Positions 46,360 to 57,177 of a stretch of DNA of 64,000 nt are shown piece by piece. The first letter of the stretch is position 1, and every line of letters begins with the position of its first letter. A program made the translations under genes and the position numbers. The notes under the pieces are model-generated. The model was not told where the DNA came from. It ran no database searches and was given only the letters and a program-made list of their open reading frames with translations. The stretch lies in NCBI GenBank assembly GCA_002269645.1, contig NIVC01000491.1, forward strand, positions 310,001 through 374,000, given 5' to 3'. This DNA is from Macrostomum lignano (Eukaryota).

Positions 46360-47620
46360 CACAATGTCAAACATTCAAGAGCTACCATGTCAAACATATA
46401 CATGACTCCATGTCAAACATTGAAGAGCCACCATGTCGAACATAAAAGGGCCACCATGTCAAATATTAAAGAGCCACCATGTTAAACATTAAAGAGCCAC
46501 CAGGTCAAACATGAAAGTGCCACCATGTAAAACATTAAAGAGCCACCATGTCGAACATTTAAGAACCACCATGTCAAACATAAAATAGCCAACATGTGAA
46601 ACATATACGTGATTCCATGTAAAACATTAAAGAGCTACCATATCAGGCATATGCATGACTCCATGTCAAACATATAACGTGACTCCATGTTAGACAATTA
46701 AGAGCTACCGTTTCGAACATTAAAGAGTCAACATGTTAAAAATACAAGAGCATCCATGTCAAACATATACATGACTCCATGTCAAACATTGAAGAGACAC
46801 CATGTCGAACATAAAAGAGCCACCATGCAAAACAAAAAAGAGCCACCATGTCTAACATTAAAGAGCCACCATGTCAAACATATACATGACTCCATGTCAA
46901 ACATTAAAGAGACACTATGTCAAACATTAAAGAGCCACCATGTCGAACATTTAAGAGCCACCATGTCAAACATATACATGACTCCATGTCGAACATTACA
47001 GAGCCACCATGTCAAAGATAAAAGAGCCACCATGTCAAACATAAAAGAGCCACCATGTTCAATATTAAAGAGCCACCAGGTCAAACATGAAAGTTCCACC
47101 ATGTAAAACATTAACGAGCCACCATGTAAAACATATACGTAACTCCATGTCAAACATTGAAGCGACACCATGCCGAACATAAAAGAGCCACCATGTCGAA
47201 CATAAAAGAGCTACCATGTCAAACATTAAAGAGCCACCATGTCTAACATTAAAAAGCCACCATGTCCAACATTAAAGAGCCACCATGTCAAAAAGTAAAG
47301 AGCCACCTTTTTGAACATTAAAAAGCCACCATGTCAAACATAATAGAGCCACCATGTCAAACATAATAGAGCCACCATGTCAAACATAATAGAGCCACCA
47401 TGTCAAACATTAAAAAGCCACTTTGTCAAACATAGAAGAGCCCCCATGACAAACATAGAAGAGCCCCCATGTCAAACATAGAAGAGCCACCATGTCAGAC
47501 ATTGAAAAGCCACCGTATCAAACATAAAAGAGTTACCATGTACGAGCGTAGAACAAAAAAGAGCCACAATGTATAACATAAAAGAGCCACCCTGTTAAAC
47601 ATAAAAGATACACAATTTCA
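46360..47620. repeat. 23-bp satellite (AAACATTAAAGAGCCACCATGTC) in unit 1
   Basis: About 55 degenerate units. Confidence 0.9.
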
Positions 47621-47689
47621 AACGTAAAAGTAAGCGAATTTTAAAGGAGCCGCTATAATGCTAAGGAAATTGTCGCACTAGCTACTTAT

Positions 47690-48050
47690 TGTCTGGTGGA
47701 TGCTTACTATTTGGGGATGCTATCTATCTTGGGGATGCTTGCTATCTTGGGGATGCTTCTATCTGGGGGACGCTTGCTATCTGGGGATGCTTGCTATCCG
47801 GGGGATGCTTGCTATCTGGGGGATGCTTGCAATCTGGGGATGCTTGCTATCTGAGGGATGCTTGCTATCTGGGGGATGCTTGCTATCTTGGGGATGCTTG
47901 CTATCTGAGGGATGCTTGCTATCTGGGGGATGCTTGCTATCTGGGGGATGCTTGCTATCTGGGGGATGCTTGCTATCCGGGGGATGCTTGCTATCTGGGG
48001 GATGCTTGCTATCTGGGGGACGCTTGCTATCTGGGGGATGCTTGCGGTCT
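47690..48050. repeat. 17-18-bp GGGGATGCTTGCTATCT array in unit 1
   Basis: About 20 units just upstream of the 3' end. Confidence 0.9.
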
Positions 48051-48789
48051 TGGGATGATTTCTTTTTGCAATGCACTTCATTTGAGCAGTTTGTCTGTTG
48101 TCTTTTTGAAGGATTTTTGGCTGTTTTTTTGTTACTTGTAGAGAACAGAGATTCTATCCAGATGTCCCCCATCGGGGGGCGAAGATTGCTAGTTCCTATA
48201 TACTAAAAATGAGTTGTCTGTGGGTATGCGATAGATTTCAGAAAAATTGGCTCAACCGATTTTCTTCAAACTTGCACCATTCGATCAGAAATTTTCCTGG
48301 GACGGTACATGCATCTTGGCTAAGAAATTGCTCAATGTTAAAGGGATTAAATATTCGAAAAACATGCTTTTTTGCAAAGGTCACGCAAAATTTTCGACTT
48401 GAGATGCATTGTAAGAATGCTAGAGAAAAAACTGACTGACTGAATTCCGATTGTGATAAAGATTGCATCACAACAAGTAGAAAACAGTGCCGAAGAAATG
48501 CACACACGACATGATTTAGATTGCGTAACCATATTGCTAACTTGAAGTGAGACTGATACTGGCTGACTGAGAAATTGATTATGTCATAACTTTTTACTCC
48601 AATTGACTTGCTGTAAGAATTGAATTATAAGGGCCACAATTCATGTTCTCCAATTGAAAAGAGATAGCCCTGATGCGAACAGACTGGAATGCTAATATAG
48701 CGACCTGGGTTCGAATCTTAGTAGTGCAAAAAGATTTTTTTATTAAAACACCTTAAAAACACAACAAAACTGCTAAACATCAAAGAAGC

Positions 48790-50570
48790 GCAATGTCAAA
48801 CATAGAAGAGCCAACATATCGAACATAAAAGAGTTACCATGTCAAACATAGAAGAGCCACCATGTCAAACATAAAAGAGCCACCATTTCGAACATTAAAG
48901 AGCCACCATTTCGAACATTAACGAGCCACCATTTTGAACATTAAAGAGCCACCATGTCAAACAATTAGGAGCCACCATGTCAAACATTAAAGAGCCACCA
49001 TGTCGAACATAAAAGAGCCACCATGTCGAACATAAAAGAGCCACCATGTCAAACATATATGTGACTTTATGTCAAACATTAAAGAGCCACCATGTCGAAC
49101 GTTAAAGTGCCACCATGTGTAACATAAAAGAGCTACATCATGAAGAACATTAAAGAGCCACCATGTTAAACATAAATCTGGCATGATGTCAAACATTAAA
49201 GTGCCACCATATCGAACATTAAAGAGCCACCATGTCAAACATAAAAGAGCAACCATGTCGAACATTAAAGAGCCACCATGTCAAAAATTAAAGAGCCACT
49301 ACGTCAAACATTAAAGAGCCACCATGTCGAACATTAAAGAGCCACTATGTCAAACATTAAAGAGCCATCATGTCAAACATTAAAGAGCCACCACGTCAAA
49401 CATTAAAGAGCCACTATGTCAAACATTAAAGAGCCATCATGTCAAACATTAAAGAGCCACCACGTCAAACATTAAAGAGCCACCATGTCGAACATAAAAG
49501 AGCCACCATGTGAAACATACACGTGACTCAATCTCAAACAGTAAAGAGCCACTATGTCAAACATAAAATAACTACCATGTCAGACATAAAAGAGCCACCA
49601 TGTCAAATTTACAAAAGCCATCATGTCAAACATAAAACAGCCACATATACGTGACTTAATGTCAAACCTTAAGGAGCCACCATGTCAAACATTAAAGAGC
49701 CACCATGTCGAACATTAAAGAGCCACCATGTAAAATACAAAAGAGCTACCATGTAAAATATAAAAGAGCCATCATGTCAAACGTGTACGTGACTCAATGT
49801 CAAACATTAAAGAGCCACCATGTCGAACATTAAAGAGCCACCATGTCAAACATAAAAGAGTCACCATGCCAAACATAAAAGAGCCACCATTTTAAACATA
49901 TACGTGACTCCATGTCAAACATTAAAGCGCCATCATGTCAAACGTATACGTGACTCAATGTCAAACATTAAAGAGCCAAATGTCAAACAACTTAGCCACC
50001 ATGTCAAACAAAGAAGAGACACCATGTCAAACATAAAAGAGCCACCATGGCGAACATTAAAGAGCCACCATGTCAAACATAGAAGAGACACCATGTCAAA
50101 CATAAAGAGCCACCATGTAAAATATAAAAGAGCTACCATGTAAAATATAAAAGGGCCATCATGTCAAACATTTACGTGACTCAATGTCAAACATTAAAGA
50201 GCCACCATGTCGAACATTAAAGAGCCACCATGTTAAACATAAAAGAGCCACCATGCCAAACATAAAAGAGCCACCATGTCAAACATATACGTGACTCCAT
50301 GTCAAACATTAAAGCGCCATCATGTCAAACATATATGTGACTGCATGTCAAACATAAAAGAGCCACCATGTCAAACAACTAAGCCACCATGTCAAACAAA
50401 GAAGAGACACCATGTCAAACATAGAAGAGCCATCATGTCAAACATAACAGAGACAACATTTCAAACGTAAAAGGGCCGCCATGGTAAACATAGAAGAGCC
50501 ACTATGTCAACATTAAAGAGCCACCTTTTTAAACATAAAAGAGACACCGTTTCAAACATAAAAGAAGTTT
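48790..50570. repeat. 23-bp satellite in unit 2 (same monomer as unit 1)
   Basis: About 77 units. Confidence 0.9.
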
Positions 50571-50629
50571 CATGCCAAACAAAATTTAGCCACTATAAAT
50601 CTAAGGAAATTGTTGCACTAGCTACTTTC

Positions 50630-51030
50630 TCTGGTGGATGCTTGCTATTTAAGGATGGATACTTGCTATCAAGGGGATGCTTGCTATCGGAAGGATGCTT
50701 GCTACTGGGGTAACTTGCTATTGGGAGATGCTTGCTCTTGGGGGGTGGAGGGTACTTGCTATCTAAGAGGGGGCTGCTAGATATCTATAAGGTCTCTTTG
50801 TATCCAGGTTAATGCTTGCTATCCGGGGTTGCTTGCGGTCTGGGGGTTGCTTGCAGTCTGGGGGATGCTTACTATCTGGGGTCTGGGGGATGCTTGCTAT
50901 CTGGGGGATGCTTGCTATCTGGGGTTGCTTGCTATCGGGGAGATGCTTGCTATCTGGGGGATGCTTGCAGTCTGGAGGATTTCGCTATTTGGGGATCGAT
51001 GCTTGAATGCTTTCTGAGGATGCTTGCTGT
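50630..51030. repeat. 17-18-bp GGGGATGCTTGCTATCT array in unit 2
   Basis: Degenerate tandem units. Confidence 0.85.
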
Positions 51031-51794
51031 CTTGGGATGTTTTGTTTTTAGAGGGAATGTCTGTTGTTTTTTATGAAGGCTTTATTTTGCTGTCTATTTG
51101 TTATTTGTAAAGAACAAGGATCCTATCCAGATGTCCCCCATCGGGGGGCGAAGATTGCTAGTCCAATATACTAAAAATGGTCTGTCTGTGTCTATCTATC
51201 TATCTATGTGATCGATTAGAGAAAAAATGGCTGGACCGATTTTGTTCGAACTTGCACTGTTCGATCAGAAATTTTCCCGTGACTGTACATGCATCGTGGC
51301 TAAGAAATTGCTCGATGCTAAAGGCATTAAATATTCGAAAAACATGCTTTTTTGCAAAGGTCAAGCAAAGTTTTCGACTTGAAATGCATTGTAAGAATGC
51401 TAGAGAAAAAACTGACTGGTTGAATTCTGATTCTGAAATAGATTGCATCATAACTGAATTGTAACTCCGACTTGAATTGAAAATGCAGTTTGGAAGCGTA
51501 GCACCAGACTTGATTTAAATTGCGTAACCATGCATATTGTTAACTGATACTGACTGACTGAGAAATTGATTATGTCATAACTGCTTCGTGTGATTTACTC
51601 TATGCTTGGATTTTAAAGTGTTGAATTATATAAGTGCAAAATTTGATGTTATCAAAACGATGAGAGCTAGCCTAGAGGTGAACAAACTGAACTGCTAAAT
51701 GCAGCAACGATGGTTCGAATTTTCATAGAGTATAATTTTTTTTAATAAAAGCTTTTCAACGTCAGGAAAACTAAAAGACTTTTTAAAAAGAAGC

Positions 51795-54700
51795 GTCATG
51801 TAAAAATCATAGAAGCGTCATGTAAAAAATCATAGAAGCGTCATATAAACAATCATAGAAGCGTCATGTAAAAAATCATAGAAGCGTCATGTAAACAATC
51901 ATGGAAGCGTCATGTAAACAATCATAGAAGCGTCATGTAAAAAATTATAGAAGCGTCATGTAAAAAATCATAGAAGCGTCATGTAAAAAATCATAGAAGC
52001 GTCATGTAAACAATCATAGAAGCGTCATGTAAAAAATCATAGAAGCGTCATGTAAACAATCATAGAAGCGTCATGTAAACAATCATAGAAGCGTCATGTA
52101 AAAAATCATAGAAGCGTCATATAAAAATCATAGAAGCGTCATTTAAACAATCATAGAAGCGTCATGTAAAAAATCGTAGAAGCGTCATATAAAAATCATA
52201 GAAGCGTCATTTTAAAAATCATAGAAGCGTCATGTAAAAAATCATAAAAGCGTCAAATAAAAATCATAGAAGCGTCATTTAAAAAATCATAGAAGCGTCA
52301 ATATGTAAACAATCATAGAAGCGTCATGTAAAAAATCGTAGAAGCGTCATATAAAAATCATAGAAGCGCCATTTAAAAAATCATAGAAGCGTCATGTAAA
52401 AAATCATAAGAAGCGTCATGTAAACAATCATAGAAGCGTCATATAAAAATCATAGAAGCGTCATATAAAATATCATAGAAGCGTCATGTAAACAATCATA
52501 GAAGCGTCATGTAAACAATCATAGAAGCGTCATGTAAAAAATCATAGAAGCGTCATGTAAACAATCATGGAAGCGTCATGTAAACAATCATAGAAGCGTC
52601 ATGTAAACAATCATAGAAGCGTCATGTAAAAAATCGTAGAAGCGTCATATAAAAATCATAGAAGCGTCATTTTAAAAATCATAGAAGCGTCATGTAAAAA
52701 ATCATAAAAGCGTCAAATAAAAATCAAAGAAGCGTCATTTAAAAAATCATAGAAGCGTCAATATGTAAACAATCATAGAAGCGTCATGTAAAAAATCGTA
52801 GAAGCGTCATATAAAAATCATAGAAGCGCCATTTAAAAAATCATAGAAGCGTCATGTAAAAAATCATAAGAAGCGTCATGTAAACAATCATAGAAGCGTC
52901 ATATAAAAATCATAGAAGCGTCATATAAAAATATCATAGAAGCGTCATGTAAACAATCATAGAAGCGTCATTTAAAAAATCATAGAAGCGTCATGTAAAA
53001 AATCATAGAAGCGTCAAATAAAAATCATAGAAGCGTCATTTAAAAAATCATAGAAGCGTCAATATGTAAACAATCATAGAAGCGTCATGTAAAGAATCAT
53101 AGAAGCGTCATGTAAACAATCATAGAAGCGTCATGTAAACAATCATAGAAGCGTCATGTAAACAATCATAGAAGCGTCATGTAAACAATCATAGAAGCGT
53201 CATGTAAACAATCATAGAAGCGTCATATAAAATATCATAGAAGCGTCATGTAAACAATCATAGAAGCGTCATGTAAACAATCATAGAAGCGTCATGTAAA
53301 AAATCATAGAAGCGTCATGTAAAAAATCATAGAAGCGTCATGTAAACAATCATAGAAGCGTCATGTAAACAATCATAGAAGCGTCATGTTAACAATCATA
53401 GAAGCGTCATGTAAACAATCATAGAAGCGTCATGTAAACAATCATAGAAGCGTCATGTAAACAATCATAGAAGCGTCATTTAAAAAATCATAGAAGCGTC
53501 ATGTAAACAATCATAGAAGCGTCATGTAAAAAATCGTAGAAGCGTCATATTAAAATCATAGAAGCGTCATTTAAAAAGTCATAGAAGCGTCATGTAAACA
53601 ATCATAGAAACGTCATGTAAAAATCGTAGAAACGTCATATAAAAATCATAGAAGCGTCATGTAAAAAATCATAAAAGCGTCATTTAAAAAATCATAGAAG
53701 CGTCAATATGTAAACAATCATAGAAGCGTCATGTAAAAAATCGTAGAAGCGTCATATAAAAATAATAGAAGCGCCATTTAAAAAATCATAGAAGCGTCAT
53801 GTAAAAAATCATAAGAAGCGTCATGTAAACAATCATAGAAGCGTCATGTAAAAAATCGTAGAAGCGTCATATAAAAATCATAGAAGCGTTATTTAAAAAA
53901 AATCATAGAAGCGTCATATTAAAATCATAGAAGCGTCATTTAAAAAGTCATAGAAGCGTCATATAAAATCATAGAAGCGTCATATAAAATATCATAGAAG
54001 CGTCATGTAAAAATCATAGAAGCGTCATTTAAACAATCATAGAAGCGTCATATTAAAATCACAGAAGCGTCATTTAAAAAGTCATAGAAGCGTCATGTAA
54101 ACAATCATAGAAGCGTCATGTAAACAATCATAGAAGCGTCATATAAAATATCATAGAAGCGTCATGTAAACAATCATAGAAGCGTCATGTAAACAATCAT
54201 AGAAGCGTCATGTAAACAATCATAGAAGCGTCATGTAAACAATCATAGAAGCGTCATGTAAACAATCATAGAAGCGTCATGTAAACAATCATAGAAGCGT
54301 CATGTAAACAATCATAGAAGCGTCATTTAAAAAATCATAGAAGCGTCATGTAAACAATCATAGAAGCGTCATGTAAAAAATCGTAGAAGCGTCATATTAA
54401 AATCATAGAAGCGTCATTTAAAAAGTCATAGAAGCGTCATGTAAACAATCATAGAAACGTCATGTAAAAATCGTAGAAACGTCATATAAAAATCATAGAA
54501 GCGTCATTTAAAAAATCATAGAAGCGTCATTTAAAAAATCATAGAAGCGTCAATATGTAAACAATCATAGAAGCGTCATGTAAAAAATCGTAGAAGCGTC
54601 ATATAAAAATAATAGAAGCGCCATTTAAAAAATCATAGAAGCGTCATGTAAAAAATCATAGGAAGCGTCATGTAAACAATCATAGAAGCGTCATGTAAAA

Positions 54701-56200
54701 AATCGTAGAAGCGTCATATAAAAATCATAGAAGCGTTATTTAAAAAAATCATAGAAGCGTCATATTAAAATCATAGAAGCGTCATTTAAAAAGTCATAGA
54801 AGCGTCATATAAAATCATAGAAGCGTCATATAAAATATCATAGAAGCGTCATGTAAAAATCATAGAAGCGTCATGTAAACAATCATAGAAGCGTCATATT
54901 AAAATCACAGAAGCGTCATTTAAAAAGTCATAGAAGCGTCATGTAAACAATCATAGAAGCGTCATGTAAACAATCATAGAAGCGTCATGTAAACAATCAT
55001 AGAAGCGTCATGTAAACAATCATAGAAGCGTCATGTAAACAATCATAGAAGCGTCATGTAAAAAATCATAGAAGCGTCATGTAAAAAATCATAGAAGCGT
55101 CATGTAAACAATCATAGAAGCGTCATGTAAACAATCATAGAAGCGTCATGTAAACAATCATAGAAGCGTCATGTAAACAATCATAGAAGCGTCATGTAAA
55201 CAATCATAGAAGCGTCATGTAAACAATCATAGAAGCGTCATGTAAACAATCATAGAAGCGTCATGTAAACAATCATAGAAGCGTCATGTAAACAATCATA
55301 GAAGCGTCATGTAAAAAATCGTAGAAGCGTCATATTAAAATCATAGAAGCGTCATTTAAAAAGTCATAGAAGCGTCATGTAAACAATCATAGAAACGTCA
55401 TGTAAAAAATCGTAGAAACGTCATATAAAAATCATAGAAGCGTCATTTAAAAAATCATAGAAGCGTCATTTAAAAAATCATAGAAGCGTCAATATGTAAA
55501 CAATCATAGAAGCGTCATGTAAAAAATCGTAGAAGCGTCATATAAAAATAATAGAAGCGCCATTTAAAAAATCATAGAAGCGTCATGTAAAAAATCATAA
55601 GAAGCGTCATGTAAACAATCATAGAAGCGTCATGTAAAAAATCGTAGAAGCGCCATATAAAAATCATAGAAGCGTTATTTAAAAAAAATCATAGAAGCGT
55701 CATATTAAAATCATAGAAGCGTCATTTAAAAAGTCATAGAAGCGTCATATAAAATCATAGAAGCGTCATATAAAATATCATAGAAGCGTCATGTAAAAAT
55801 CATAGAAGCGTCATGTAAACAATCATAGAAGCGTCATATTAAAATCACAGAAGCGTCATTTAAAAAGTCATAGAAGCGTCATGTAAACAATCATAGAAGC
55901 GTCATGTAAAAAATCGTAGAAGCGTCATGTAAACAATCATAGAAGCGTCATGTAAAAAATCGTAGAAGCGTTATTTAAAAAAATCATAGAAGCGCCATTT
56001 AAAAAATCATAGAAGCGTCATGTAAACAATCATAGAAACGTCATGTAAACAATCATAGAAGCGTCATGTAAACAATCATAGAAGTGTCATGTAAACAATC
56101 ATAGAAGCGTCATATAAAAATCATAGAAGCGTCATGTAAAAAAATCATAGAAGCGTCATGTAAAAATCATACAAGCGTCAAGAAAAAATCATAGAAGCCT
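51795..56200. repeat. 23-bp satellite (AATCATAGAAGCGTCATGTAAAC), 4.4 kb, with higher-order structure
   Basis: About 190 units, with variant blocks recurring at sub-kb spacing. Confidence 0.97.
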
Positions 56201-57103
56201 CATTTAAAACTAATGAAAGTGTCATTTAAAAAATTAAGAAGCATCATGGTAGAATAAAAGAAGCGTCATGTCAGACATGAAGGGTGTCATGTAAAAATTA
56301 AATGAAGCTATCGTGCTGTGCTGGGGAGAATTACTAAGATGTCAAGGCTCTCAGAGAATAACTGAGATTACGGGGGGGGGGTTTCTGAGATGTCAAAGCA
56401 AAAGTCAGAAGCTACTTCAAAGTTCATGTACTTTACTCAATTTTTTTATTGCATTCTTCGTTGGCTCGCCACGGGGGGCGCTGATAGAAGAAGAGTCATG
56501 TAAAAAATAAAAGTAGCACTAAGTATACATAAAAGAAAAGTCATGTCGGAGTTAAAAGATTCATTTGGGAATTGCTACGATGTCAAAGCTTGGTGGAAAT
56601 CGTTATAGTGCTGTGATTCTTAAAGAAGGAATCACTAAAATGTCAAGGCTTAGGGGAGAAGAATTGCTGAGATTTCAAGGCTTTAGGTTGGGTTAAAGTT
56701 AGGTTTAGGTCAGGTTTGGGTTGAGGGTTATATTTTATCGGGTTTCAAGGTTAACAGGGGATTTTTTAGATTTCAAGGTTTATGGGGGCCATCGCTGACA
56801 TGTCAAGGCTTACGGGGGGAATAGATGAGATGTCAAGGCTCACGGGGGTATAAATGAGATTTCAAGGCTAAAGTCAGAAGCTACATGTAGTTTATTGAAA
56901 ACTTTTTATTACATTATTTGATGCCTCCTCAGGGGAGGGATCGCTGATAAAAAAAGCGTAACGTAAAAAATAAAAGAAGCTTCATGTCGAAGTTAAGAGA
57001 TTCATTTGGGAATCCCTACGATGTCGAGGCTTGCAGGGAATCGCTATAATGCTGTAGTAGTGCTATTATGACTCTTAGAGAGAATTACTGGAATTTCAAT
57101 GCT

Positions 57104-57177
57104 TTAGGGTTAGGTTAGGGTTAGGGTTAGGGTTAGGGTTAGGGTTAGGGTTAGGGTTAGGCTAGGGTTAGGGTTAG
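57104..57177 (+). repeat. Interstitial telomere-type (TTAGGG)n tract
   Basis: About 12 units, mostly perfect, inside Helitron unit 3. Confidence 0.95.

Larger units (their letters stand above)
45784..48192 (+). mobile_element. Non-autonomous Helitron (Lep1/DINE-like), tandem unit 1
   Basis: A|TCCTATATACTAAAAATG 5' end, short microsatellite, AATGGCTCAACCGATTTT block. 3' hairpin CCCCC-ATC-GGGGG followed by GAAGATTGCTAG. No TSD. Confidence 0.85.
48194..51161 (+). mobile_element. Non-autonomous Helitron, tandem unit 2
   Basis: Starts TCCTATATACTAAAAATG one T after the unit 1 CTAG. Ends CCCCCATCGGGGGGCGAAGATTGCTAG at 51161. Same module order as unit 1. Confidence 0.85.

Noticed and set aside
24530-51745. 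Calling the tRNA-like modules real tRNA genes
   Set aside because: Acceptor and D stems do not pair convincingly, the Ser variable arm is missing, and all copies lie inside repeats.
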